A stretch of 64,000 bases of DNA from Myxococcota bacterium (lineage in GTDB: Bacteria; Myxococcota_A; UBA9160; UBA6930): positions 4,343,206 to 4,407,205 of the forward strand of contig OZ245015.1 of the NCBI GenBank assembly GCA_965223705.1, written 5' to 3'. The position numbers and the translations under genes were made by a program. Numbering within the stretch: the first letter of the stretch is position 1; each line of letters begins with the position of its first letter. Positions 10,775 through 20,035 of the stretch are shown here, one piece after another. Below the pieces are notes generated by a model. It worked only from the letters and a program-made list of their open reading frames with translations, searched no databases and was not told the DNA's origin.

Positions 10775-12004
10775 ATGACGAACCAGAGCCAGCCGAAGCG
10801 AATCCTCGAAGGTGTTCGCGTACTAGACATGACCCAGTATCTCGCGGGAGCCGGCGTCACCCGGATGATGGCGGAGCTGGGCGCGGACATCACGAAAGTC
10901 GAGATTGCGCCGGTCGGCGATCCGGGGCGGCTCCTGCCCGTCGTCAAGACCGAGCGCAGCGGCTTTTTCGTCCAACACAATCGCGGCAAGAACAGCTTGT
11001 GTCTCGACTGGAGCAAGCCCGAGGCCCTCGAAATCATTCGAGAGTTGGCGGCGGAGTCGGATATTTTCTGCGAGAACTTCGGGCGCGGCGACATCCTCGA
11101 ACGGAGAGGCCTCGACTACGCGTCGCTCAAGGCGATCAAGCCCGATCTCATCTACCTCTCGGTTTCCGTCTTCGGCCGTAAGAGCCCCTGGTCGCAGAAA
11201 CCCGGTTACGACTACGTCGCCCAAGCGGCGTCGGGGATCATGCACATGGCGGGCGAGCCCGACCGCCCGCCCGCCATGGTCTGGAGCGCGTTGGGTGACA
11301 CCAACGCCGCCGTACACGGCTTCGGTTCCTTGGGCTACGCGTTGTTCCATCGCGAACGAACCGGCGAAGGACAGTACATCGATCTCGCGATGACGGATTG
11401 CCTGTTCCACTTCCACGAGGGCGCGCTCGAAGCACACCATCTGACGGACGGCCAGTTCGTCCCGAAACGATTCGGCGCGCACCACCAATTGGTGTTCCCG
11501 GCGGGCACGTTCAAGAGCCCCGACGGCTACATCGTGCTCCTCGCGCTCGACCTCCAATGGGAGAACGTGTGCAACTGCCTAGGGCGCCCGGACCTCATGA
11601 CCGATCCGCGGAGCAAGACCATGGAAGCGCGCGCCGAGCACCGCTTTGAGTTGGTCGAGATCATCGAGTCGTGGATGGCGACTTTCGACAACGACGAGGC
11701 GATCCTCGAGGAGCTCGAAAAGCATCGCGTTCCGGCGGCGCCGGTGCTTGCGCCGACCGACGCGTTGGACCATCCGCATTTCAAGGCTCGCGATATGGTG
11801 CGCTGGGTGAAGGACCCGATCCTCGGTGAGATCCCGATCCCGGGGTTCCCGTGGAAGTTCAGTTCGCAGCCGACGCTACCGGACATCACGGCGCCCCTCC
11901 TCGGAGAACACAACGGGCAGGTCCTCCGTGACCGGCTGGGCTACGACGAGGCGAAGATCGCCTCTCTCGCCGACTCGGGCGTCCTGCACAGCAAAGACGC
12001 GTGA
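10775..12004 (+). CDS. family III CoA-transferase (CaiB/BaiF type)
   Basis: Track ORF 10433..12004. I moved the start to the ATG at 10775 (MTNQSQPKRILEGVRVLDMTQYLAGAGVTRMMAELGADITKVE), which is preceded by GGAGGA. Confidence 0.85.
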   Translation: MTNQSQPKRILEGVRVLDMTQYLAGAGVTRMMAELGADITKVEIAPVGDPGRLLPVVKTERSGFFVQHNRGKNSLCLDWSKPEALEIIRELAAESDIFCENFGRGDILERRGLDYASLKAIKPDLIYLSVSVFGRKSPWSQKPGYDYVAQAASGIMHMAGEPDRPPAMVWSALGDTNAAVHGFGSLGYALFHRERTGEGQYIDLAMTDCLFHFHEGALEAHHLTDGQFVPKRFGAHHQLVFPAGTFKSPDGYIVLLALDLQWENVCNCLGRPDLMTDPRSKTMEARAEHRFELVEIIESWMATFDNDEAILEELEKHRVPAAPVLAPTDALDHPHFKARDMVRWVKDPILGEIPIPGFPWKFSSQPTLPDITAPLLGEHNGQVLRDRLGYDEAKIASLADSGVLHSKDA

Positions 12005-12034
12005 TTCGAGAGCACGCGACGTAACCGGCGGGCG

Positions 12035-12583
12035 ATGGAGCGAGCGGCGCCCGGCGGACTTCTCTTCCTCATCGTGTTCGGCGCCGCGGTTCAAGCCGAC
12101 GGCAGCCCGAGTGGCGTCTTGCGCCGACGGGTCGCTGGAGCGGCGCGCGCGGGGGCAGTGAACCCCGACGCGCGCTTCATCGTCACCGGCGGCGTCGGTC
12201 GGCACGAGCCCGCGGAAGCCCTTGTCATGGCCGAGCTGCTCCGCACGAACGGCGTGCCCGACAACTGCATCCTGGTCGAACCCGAGAGCCGCGACACACT
12301 GGAATCCGCGATCCGCTGCGCCGACCTCGTCGCGCGACACTGGATCCCGGGGAGTCGGGTGCTGTCGTGTTCGAGCCCGTACCACAACGTTCGCTGCGCC
12401 GTGCTCTTGCGCGCACTCGGGATTCCGGCCGAGCGTGCGCCCATGCCGAGCGATCGGCCCCACGTGAGCGCCAGGAAACTCGCCTATCAGCTGTTACGAG
12501 AATGCGCGGCGTTGCCCTGGGACGCAGCCCTCGTGTTCGGCATGCGGCTCGCCGGTCGCGCCCGGCGACACGATCTCCACTAG
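12035..12583 (+). CDS. YdcF/DUF218 family protein
   Basis: Carries the blocks FIVTGGVG, SRDTLESA and SSPYHNVR, in the order characteristic of DUF218 (ElyC/SanA/YdcF). Confidence 0.65.
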   Translation: MERAAPGGLLFLIVFGAAVQADGSPSGVLRRRVAGAARAGAVNPDARFIVTGGVGRHEPAEALVMAELLRTNGVPDNCILVEPESRDTLESAIRCADLVARHWIPGSRVLSCSSPYHNVRCAVLLRALGIPAERAPMPSDRPHVSARKLAYQLLRECAALPWDAALVFGMRLAGRARRHDLH

Positions 12584-13671
12584 TCGAACGTGAGCACCGT
12601 CCGAGTCACCTCGCCCGCCTCCATCGCTCGGAACGCTTCGCCTACGCGATCGAGGGGCTCGTGCCGCGTCACCATCGAATCGAGATCGAGACGACCCTGG
12701 CGGTACAATTCGAGGTAGCGCGGCGCATCCATCGTGAACCGATTCGATCCCATCATGCACCCGATGATGCGCTTCTCGAGAAAGAAGTGCCCCGCGTTGA
12801 CCGACACGTGCTCCCCCACCGGAATGGCACCGACGAGAATCGCCGTGCCGTGGGGAGCCAAGCAATAAAATGCCTGCTCGAGCAGCTTCGGCACGCCGAC
12901 GGCTTCAAAGGCAAACTCGGCACCGCCACCCGTCATCTTCTTGATGAGCTTCACCGGATCGCCGGAAGACGGGTTGATCGTATCCGTCGCCCCGAACTTC
13001 TTCGCGCTCTCGAGTTTCTCGTCGAGAAGATCGACCGCGATGATCTGCCTCGCACCGGCGATCTTGGCGCCCTGGATGACGGAGATCCCGACGCCGCCCG
13101 CACCGAATACGACGACCGAAGAGCCGGGGGTCACCTTCGCAGTATTGAGCGCCGCACCCACACCGGTGGTGACGGCACAACCGACGAGCGCCGCCCGATC
13201 GAGCGGAATGTCTTTGTCGATCTTCACCACCGCGCGGTTGTGCAACAACATCGCTTCGGAGAACGCCGCGAGATCCGCGAACTGGTGAATCGTCTCGTCA
13301 CCCTGGCGGATGCGGGGCGTGTCGCCCTCTCCGCGTTGGCAAGCGCCGCGATCGATGCACAAGTGGGGACGCCCCTGGACGCACTGCGTGCAGCCGCCGC
13401 AGAAGAGCGAGGTGCACGCGATCACGTGGTCGCCAGGGGCGACGTTGCGCACGCGCTCGCCGACCGCCTGCACGACGCCCGCGGGCTCGTGGCCGAAGAT
13501 CGCGGGACGCGGGGACGGGATCGCTCCGTGTAAGGCGTGAAGATCGCTATGACACACGCCGCAGGCGGCGGTCTTGACCAACACCTCGTCGGGACCGGGC
13601 TCCGCGAGCTCGACGTCTTCGATGGTTAGGGGTTGGTGTTTTTCGCGATAGACCGCGGCCTTGACCTGCAT
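12580..13671 (-). CDS. zinc-dependent alcohol dehydrogenase
   Basis: Carries GVCHSDLH, GHEPAGVV, the structural-zinc cluster CGGCTQCVQGRPHLC and the Rossmann motif VFGAGGVG. Confidence 0.9.
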   Translation of the reverse strand: MQVKAAVYREKHQPLTIEDVELAEPGPDEVLVKTAACGVCHSDLHALHGAIPSPRPAIFGHEPAGVVQAVGERVRNVAPGDHVIACTSLFCGGCTQCVQGRPHLCIDRGACQRGEGDTPRIRQGDETIHQFADLAAFSEAMLLHNRAVVKIDKDIPLDRAALVGCAVTTGVGAALNTAKVTPGSSVVVFGAGGVGISVIQGAKIAGARQIIAVDLLDEKLESAKKFGATDTINPSSGDPVKLIKKMTGGGAEFAFEAVGVPKLLEQAFYCLAPHGTAILVGAIPVGEHVSVNAGHFFLEKRIIGCMMGSNRFTMDAPRYLELYRQGRLDLDSMVTRHEPLDRVGEAFRAMEAGEVTRTVLTFD

Positions 13672-13778
13672 GGTGCCTCCAACCGCCGACGGGGCGGCCT
13701 TCGTATTCTACGCCGCCGGAAGCCGCGACGGCTAGAGGCACCCGAAAAAGATGGGGGGCCGAGGAGCCTTGATCGGCG

Positions 13779-14036
13779 TCAGTTGCCCGCTTTGATCGCG
13801 TTGCCCTGCTTGTCTTTGAAGTTGCCGATCGCGATCATGATGAAATCCACCATCGCCCAGATACCGAGACCGCCGAAGGTCAAGAGCTGAAGCAGCCCCG
13901 TCCCGATCTTTCCGACGTAGAATCGGTGAATGCCGAAAGCGCCCAAGAAAAAGCACAGCAGCAGCGCGGGAACGAAACCCTTCTCGCTGACTCCCATCTC
14001 CATTGTCGAATCAGCCGTCGTCACACTTGCACTCAT
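13779..14036 (-). CDS. TM2 domain-containing protein
   Basis: 85 aa. The block FLGAFGIHRFYVGKIGTGLLQLLTFGGLGIWAMVDFIMI matches the TM2 two-helix pattern. Confidence 0.7.
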   Translation of the reverse strand: MSASVTTADSTMEMGVSEKGFVPALLLCFFLGAFGIHRFYVGKIGTGLLQLLTFGGLGIWAMVDFIMIAIGNFKDKQGNAIKAGN

Positions 14037-14380
14037 GCGTTTTCACTCCTCATCGTGGGGGAAGGGGCGGCGCGCAAACGCTGTCCCGGGTAAGCGACCA
14101 GGCGCCCCTGGCCATCTCGAAAGCTTCCGGTCAGCAGCTCGTAGGTCACCCACAGCGCGTGGATGCCGTCGATCGCGAGAAACGTCGCTCCGAGGATCGT
14201 CTCCCCGACGGCGAAGCACCCGATCCAACCGATCGTGAGACCGAGATCGAGCAACCCCAGTCCGTAACGCCCCAGGTAGAAATGCTGGGCGCCGCAGAAA
14301 CCGAACAGCGCGGAAATGATCACCGCAGTTCCGTAGTTCTTCGGCGAAATTCTGGGATCTCGGTCGCGAACCGCTTCCAT
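14033..14380 (-). CDS. TM2 domain-containing protein
   Basis: 115 aa with LFGFCGAQHFYLGRYGLGLLDLGLTIGWIG. It overlaps the downstream TM2 gene by 4 nt. Confidence 0.7.
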   Translation of the reverse strand: MEAVRDRDPRISPKNYGTAVIISALFGFCGAQHFYLGRYGLGLLDLGLTIGWIGCFAVGETILGATFLAIDGIHALWVTYELLTGSFRDGQGRLVAYPGQRLRAAPSPTMRSENA

Positions 14381-14548
14381 AGTGAATGGCTTATCGACCC
14401 GTGCGTCGCCGCGGCTGAACTCGAAATGAAATGCTGATTTGCAACCTGCCTACGGTGTGCGGGTCACCTTCCGGCCCGTGCCCACAAACTGCGCCCCGGG
14501 CTCACACGGCTGTGGATTCGTACCTGGCCGAAGGCCTAAGCTCCCAGG

Positions 14549-17137
14549 ATGCCCGGGCCCTCGCGAAAGCCCTCGCGAAAGTTATGGAAGGGCTTAGGCC
14601 TCCTCCTCGCGATTCTCGTTTTAGGGTTTCTCGCCGCGATTCCCCTGGTCGTCCGGCACTACGCTTCCGCCGAGTATGTCGAAGGCCGTCTCTCCGACCT
14701 GTTGGGTCGCCAGGTGACCGTTGCGCGTGTGGGCCTGAGCTTCCGACCGGACTTGCGGGTGCGTGCCCAAGGCATCGTGCTCGAGCCCGACTTACACGTG
14801 CGCGCCGTCGAACTCGCCCTGAAACCTGTTCCGCTCCTTTCCGGACGCTTGGAAGCGCGCCGCGTGATCTTCGAAGGCGTGCGCGCGGAGCTTCCCCTCG
14901 ACGACGGAACGGACCGCCCCGAGGTGCAGCTTCGAGCCTGGCGGCTCACCCCGCTGTTCGAGTTGCCCGCTCTTTCGTTCGAGGACAGCGAGTTCACGCT
15001 TGCGAGCACAGAACGCCCGAACGTCATGATTCATTTCGACGTTCTGTCCCTCGACCCCGTACGGCCGAATCTTCCCGCCGGCTTGAGCGCACGCGGTGAA
15101 TTGCGAACCTCCGATTCCGCGAGCCCGTTTGAGGTCGAAGCACAGCTCGACTCGATCGGCGCGGAAGAGCCGCTGGGTTCGCAGCGCGGGGCTTTCTCCC
15201 TTGCGCTGCGAAACTTTCATGCGACGGAGCTGAAAGCACATTTTGCCGACGTTCTCGGTCGCGATTGGCGGGCGGATCCAATCGATCTCAGTGTCGAGGG
15301 CCGCTACGAAAACGGTTCGCTGCCCGATACGGAACTGTCGCTTCGACTCGCTAAAGGATCGATCCGCAGCGGTGCGGCGCGGATCGATGGGCCGGGTACT
15401 CTTCGCGCGACGGTCTCCTGGGACGGCGCCGAGGCGAAGTTTCGGGACGTCGTGCTGCAGACTGCCGGAGTGCGCTTCCGCGATCACCGCTTTCGATCGG
15501 TGCGAACTCGAATCGATTGGGACGGCACTTGGCTCGACATCGGCAATTTTTCCGCCGACGCCTACGTCGGGAGCCTCGGCCTCACCGGCTCGGACTACCG
15601 CATCGGACGCTGGGCGCGTCCCCTAAAGCTCGAGGTCAAGAACGTCGACGCGCTCGAGATGGACGGCCGCATCCGTTTTTCGCAGGCGACGGAAAAAGGC
15701 GGCATCCCGAGCGTCGAAGAAGCGGACGTGCGAGGGCTCACTCTTCGCGACGTTCGCGGAGAACTCGATGCCGGGAGCGGCGCGCTGCTGCCCGCGCGAG
15801 TCGATCGCGTTACCTGGGAATCGCCCGCAGAAGGCGAAAAACGCGTTCTACAGCTCGAGGGCTCCGTCGACGACGGCAACCTCCGTTTCGATGCTCGGGT
15901 CGAAGCGGCCGGCCCGGGCCAAGAGCCCGTCTACGACGTCGTCCTCGACGTCGACGCAATGGACCCGAGCCGCGTTCGCCTGGTCTGGGAGGACTTCGTC
16001 GACGCGGGAGTCGTCGAGACGCGTGTCGCCGGGAAGATCCACATCTTCGAATCACCCGCGGACGGCTTTGTATGCGACATCGACCTCCGACAACACGACG
16101 GCATCACCGAGGTCTTTGGGATCCGGCTCGAGGAAGCGGCCCGTTTTTCCGGTCGTCTCGTGAAGCGACGAGACGGCCCCATGGAACTCACGGACGCCAA
16201 AGCGCGCTCCGAGCGCGTTCACTTCGAAGGGTACGAAGGAGACGAGGCCAGTGCGGCCTTTCGATGGGACCCGTCGGGTTTGACCTTCGACCGGTTGACG
16301 TTCAAGGCCTACGGGGGCGCGTGGGATCTCGCCGGTACGACGACCCTCGACGCGTCGCCGCACATTCGAGCGACCGGCTTTTTTGAAGATGTTCGCATCG
16401 AAGCACTGCGGGCGTCCGACGGCGCGGGCGGCTCTGCGATGCGGTTGGGCGCGCGCGGCGACATCGAGTTGGTGTGGCACCCGAAACAGCGCACGTTCGA
16501 AACCCTCTCCGGTCGCGGAGACGTAACGGTTGCCGACGGCGCAACGCCGGGGCAGAAACTCCTGGCCGCGGTCGCCGGCGGTCTTTTGAAAGCGCTACCG
16601 GTCGTGGGCCGCGCGAGAACAATGGTGGACCCGGAAACAGAGAATCCCATCCATCACGGACGCGGTTCGTACGAGGTGCGGAACGGGCGCCTCCAGTTTG
16701 ACGCCGTCGAGCTCGCCACCGGCGACTACGATCTCGTAGGCACGGGCTCCCTCGCACCGAGCGGCGATCTGGAATTCCGGGGCGATCTGACACTGACGCG
16801 CGCCGGGGTCAGCAAGACCACACAACGGCTGACGGCGCCGGTCCCGTTCAAAGAGGCTTTTCGGTTGCCGGCCGTACCCGTCCAGCTCGAGGGATCGCTC
16901 TACGATTGGGACTCGATTCGCGCGCGAGCGGATATGAAAGCGGTCCCGGTGGCGACCTTGCGCGGCATTGTCGGCCTACCGGCGCGCGCCGGTTCGATCG
17001 TCCGAGACGCGGGAAAAGCCGCGCGACGCATGGGAGAAGCTGCCGCAGGCGTCGTCACAGGGGGCGGAGCTGCCCCCGAGGGCAACCCCAAAACGGAAGA
17101 GCCCGCTTCGGGTGATCCCGAGGCAGACAAGCAGTAG
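14549..17137 (+). CDS. AsmA family protein
   Basis: 862 aa. An N-terminal TM anchor (LGLLLAILVLGFLAAIPLVV) is followed by an AsmA-like start (LSDLLGRQVTVARVGLSFRPDLRVRAQGIVL) and a long beta-rich repetitive body. Confidence 0.6.
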   Translation: MPGPSRKPSRKLWKGLGLLLAILVLGFLAAIPLVVRHYASAEYVEGRLSDLLGRQVTVARVGLSFRPDLRVRAQGIVLEPDLHVRAVELALKPVPLLSGRLEARRVIFEGVRAELPLDDGTDRPEVQLRAWRLTPLFELPALSFEDSEFTLASTERPNVMIHFDVLSLDPVRPNLPAGLSARGELRTSDSASPFEVEAQLDSIGAEEPLGSQRGAFSLALRNFHATELKAHFADVLGRDWRADPIDLSVEGRYENGSLPDTELSLRLAKGSIRSGAARIDGPGTLRATVSWDGAEAKFRDVVLQTAGVRFRDHRFRSVRTRIDWDGTWLDIGNFSADAYVGSLGLTGSDYRIGRWARPLKLEVKNVDALEMDGRIRFSQATEKGGIPSVEEADVRGLTLRDVRGELDAGSGALLPARVDRVTWESPAEGEKRVLQLEGSVDDGNLRFDARVEAAGPGQEPVYDVVLDVDAMDPSRVRLVWEDFVDAGVVETRVAGKIHIFESPADGFVCDIDLRQHDGITEVFGIRLEEAARFSGRLVKRRDGPMELTDAKARSERVHFEGYEGDEASAAFRWDPSGLTFDRLTFKAYGGAWDLAGTTTLDASPHIRATGFFEDVRIEALRASDGAGGSAMRLGARGDIELVWHPKQRTFETLSGRGDVTVADGATPGQKLLAAVAGGLLKALPVVGRARTMVDPETENPIHHGRGSYEVRNGRLQFDAVELATGDYDLVGTGSLAPSGDLEFRGDLTLTRAGVSKTTQRLTAPVPFKEAFRLPAVPVQLEGSLYDWDSIRARADMKAVPVATLRGIVGLPARAGSIVRDAGKAARRMGEAAAGVVTGGGAAPEGNPKTEEPASGDPEADKQ

Positions 17138-17201
17138 GATAATGGGCGGAGGCATGCGGAAGGGCGGGATCCCCACTCGCGCCGATTCGCGGAGAACCCT
17201 C

Positions 17202-17609
17202 ATGAAAGCTGTTGCGAGCACCCTTGCTGTCCTTCTCCTCACGGCGATCGCCACCCCGACCTGGGCAGGCGGGTACCGACACCACTGGGGCCACCACCAT
17301 CATCATCGCCACCACTACCACGACTACGGCGCGGTCCTGGGCGCCGTCGGCGCGGGCATCCTCATCTACACGATGGGCCGGATTCACGGAAACCACGCCC
17401 GCGATCGGAGTGAGGCGAGCGTCTCTCCCGTCGCTTACCCCGCGGACGGCCAGAGCCTGCACGAGCAAGATCGAGATCGTTACGAATGCCACCGATGGGC
17501 CGTCGACGAGTCCGGGTTCGACCCGACGCGGAGCCGGCGCGGCGACGCCGACACGTACCACCGGGCAATGACGGCCTGCCTCGAAGCACGCGGCTACGTC
17601 GTACGCTGA
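17202..17609 (+). CDS. secreted/membrane histidine-rich protein
   Basis: Track ORF 16968..17609. I moved the start to the ATG at 17202 (MKAVASTLAVLLLTAIATPTWA signal peptide). It has a His tract GGYRHHWGHHHHHRHHYHDY, a glycine-zipper helix GAVLGAVGAGILIY and a C-terminal Cys pair (ECHRW...TACLEARGY). Confidence 0.55.
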   Translation: MKAVASTLAVLLLTAIATPTWAGGYRHHWGHHHHHRHHYHDYGAVLGAVGAGILIYTMGRIHGNHARDRSEASVSPVAYPADGQSLHEQDRDRYECHRWAVDESGFDPTRSRRGDADTYHRAMTACLEARGYVVR

Positions 17610-17617
17610 CGAAAAAA

Positions 17618-17664
17618 GGGCCGAGGTATAGTTCCTCCACCGTTCGGTGAAGGAGAAGCGGCCC
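17618..17664 (+). promoter_or_regulatory. nested hairpin covering the acyl-CoA dehydrogenase Shine-Dalgarno, flanked by an A6 and a T5 run
   Basis: The outer stem is GGGCCG (17618-17623) / CGGCCC (17659-17664). The inner stem is CCTCCACC (17634-17641) / GGTGAAGG (17646-17653) with one mismatch and a GTTC loop. The inner stem pairs the SD GAAGGAG. A6 lies at 17612-17617 and CTTTTT follows the ATG. Folded by eye only. Confidence 0.3.
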
Positions 17665-17666
17665 TC

Positions 17667-18827
17667 ATGCTTTTTGACCTGACCGATGAGCAACAGCTCA
17701 TCATCGATACCGTTCGCAAGTTCGTGGATGAGGAGGTCGCTCCGGTAGCCAGCGACCTCGACCACAAGGACGAGTATCCCCACGCACTCGTCGATCGGGT
17801 CAAAGAACTCGGCCTGTTCGGGACGACCATTCCCGAGGAATACGGCGGGATCGGCCTCAACTACCTGACCTACGCCATGATTTGCGAGGAGCTCGCTCGC
17901 GGCTGGATCTCCATGCCGGGCTTGATCAACTCGCACCTCATGATGGCCTACATCGTTCGCATGTTCGGAACCGAAGCACAGAAGCGCCACTGGCTGCCGC
18001 GGTTCGCGAGCGGCGAAGCGCGTGGCGGACTCGCTCTATCGGAATCCGACGCGGGGACCGATGTGCAGGCGATTCGCACGACGGCGCGCCGCGACGGCGA
18101 CGAGTACGTGATCAACGGCTCCAAGATGTGGATCACGAATGCCCGCTACGGCAACTCATTCGCTCTGTTGGCGAAGACCGACACGACCGCCGAAAAGGCC
18201 TATCAGGGCATGAGCATGTTCATCATCGAGAAAGGTGGGCCGGGCTTTACCGTGAGCCGCGATATTCCGAAGCTCGGCTACAAGGGCATCAAGACGTGCG
18301 AGCTCACGTTCGAAGACTTTCGCGTGCCGGCCGCGAACCTGGTCGGCGAGAAGGAAGGTGCCGGCTTCAAGTACGTGATGAGCGCCCTCGAAACCGGTCG
18401 CATCAACGTCGCTGCGCGCGGCGTCGGAGTCGTTCGCGCGTGCTTCGAAGCGTCGATCCGCTACGCGCAACACCGCAAGACCTTTGGCAAACCCATCGGC
18501 GAGCATCAGCTGATCCAGGAAAAGTTGGCCGACATGGCGACGAACCTCGAAGCCGCCAGACTCCTCACGTACAGCGCCGCCCGCGCCAAGGATCAGGGCG
18601 CGCGGGTGGACCTCGAAGCCGGCATGGCGAAGCTCTTCGCGAGTGAGGCGGCGATGAGCGCCGCACTCGAAGCGATGCGATTGCACGGCGGCGTCGGGTA
18701 TACGCTCGAGTTTCCCATCGAGCGCTATTTCCGAGACGCTCCGCTCCTCATCATCGGAGAGGGCACGAACGAGATCCAAAAAACCGTGATCGCGCGCCAG
18801 CTCCTCAAGAAGCACGCCGTATCGTGA
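17667..18827 (+). CDS. acyl-CoA dehydrogenase
   Basis: 386 aa. The N-terminal LTDEQQLIIDTVRKFVDEEVAP, the block GGLALSESDAGTD and the C-terminal IGEGTNEIQ (catalytic Glu region) fit the family. Confidence 0.9.
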   Translation: MLFDLTDEQQLIIDTVRKFVDEEVAPVASDLDHKDEYPHALVDRVKELGLFGTTIPEEYGGIGLNYLTYAMICEELARGWISMPGLINSHLMMAYIVRMFGTEAQKRHWLPRFASGEARGGLALSESDAGTDVQAIRTTARRDGDEYVINGSKMWITNARYGNSFALLAKTDTTAEKAYQGMSMFIIEKGGPGFTVSRDIPKLGYKGIKTCELTFEDFRVPAANLVGEKEGAGFKYVMSALETGRINVAARGVGVVRACFEASIRYAQHRKTFGKPIGEHQLIQEKLADMATNLEAARLLTYSAARAKDQGARVDLEAGMAKLFASEAAMSAALEAMRLHGGVGYTLEFPIERYFRDAPLLIIGEGTNEIQKTVIARQLLKKHAVS

Positions 18828-20035
18828 ACCCTCCGGCGCCGCTGCCGCTAGCGGGCGTGCGGATCCTGGCTCTCTCGTCTTTCGGGGCCGGCCCGTGGGC
18901 CACGATGCTTCTGGCCGATCTCGGGGCCGATGTCATCAAAATCGAAGACCGAAAGCGCGGCGGCGATACGTCGCGCAGCGTGCCACCGCTTTGGGAAGAC
19001 CAGGACGGCGACTCGCTGTACTTCCAGGCGATGAACCGCAACAAGCGATCGCTCTCCCTCGATATTCGAACCGAACGCGGACGCGAGATCTTCGAGAAGC
19101 TCGTCGCGGTTTCCGACGCCGTCTACAACAACTTGCGCGGCGACCAGCCGGAAAAACTCCGGCTTCGCTACGCGGATCTCGCATCGATCAATCCGAAAAT
19201 CGTGTGTGCTAGCTGCTCGGGTTACGGAACCGAGACATCGCGCGCGGCGGAGCCCGGCTACGACTTCGTCGTTCAATCCGTGACGGGCTACATGTCGCTC
19301 ACGGGTGAGCCCGACGGTCCGCCCGCGCGCGCGGGTGTTTCGGTGATCGATTTCGGCGGGGGCACGCTCTCCATCGTCGGCCTCCTTGCGGGGCTGGTTC
19401 GTGCGCGGGAGACCGGTCGCGGCGGCGACGTCGAAACGTCGCTCTACGAGGGCGCGCTGTCGATGCTCAACTACTTGGCGGCCTGGAACCTCAACCTGGG
19501 TATCAATCCAAACCGCTTGTCGCGTTCCGCCCACCAGAGCATCGTGCCCGTCCAGACCTTCCCGACCGCGGACGGCTGGATCTTCGTGATGTGCATGAAG
19601 GACAAGTTTTTCGACGCGCTGTGCGACAAACTCGGTCTCCCTGAGCTGCCCACAGATCCGAAGTTCGAAACCCTCGCGCAACGCTTCGAGCATCAGCAAG
19701 AGCTCTTGCCCCAGCTCGAAGCCGTCCTCAAAACACGATCGACCGATCAGTGGCTCGCGACGTTGCGGCCCGAAGTGCCGTGCGCGCCCGTCAATGATCT
19801 AGCTTCGGCGCTCCGCGATCCGCTGATCGAAGAACTCGATGCGATCTGGGAAGTCGAGCACCCCGAACGCGGGACGCTGCGCGAGATCGCCTGCCCGGTT
19901 CGACTGGCTGACACGGAGCCGCTTCCCCGGCGCGCAGCGCCGGGGCTCGGCGAACATTCCGAAGAGATCCTACGCGGTCTGGTCGGTCTTTCGGCTGACG
20001 AGATTCGCGCGCTACGCGACGACGACGTCGTCTAA
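18824..20035 (+). CDS. family III CoA-transferase (CaiB/BaiF type)
   Basis: The GTG start overlaps the ACAD stop by 4 nt. Signature: LAGVRILALSSFGAGPWATMLLADLGADVIKIED. Confidence 0.85.
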   Translation: MNPPAPLPLAGVRILALSSFGAGPWATMLLADLGADVIKIEDRKRGGDTSRSVPPLWEDQDGDSLYFQAMNRNKRSLSLDIRTERGREIFEKLVAVSDAVYNNLRGDQPEKLRLRYADLASINPKIVCASCSGYGTETSRAAEPGYDFVVQSVTGYMSLTGEPDGPPARAGVSVIDFGGGTLSIVGLLAGLVRARETGRGGDVETSLYEGALSMLNYLAAWNLNLGINPNRLSRSAHQSIVPVQTFPTADGWIFVMCMKDKFFDALCDKLGLPELPTDPKFETLAQRFEHQQELLPQLEAVLKTRSTDQWLATLRPEVPCAPVNDLASALRDPLIEELDAIWEVEHPERGTLREIACPVRLADTEPLPRRAAPGLGEHSEEILRGLVGLSADEIRALRDDDVV

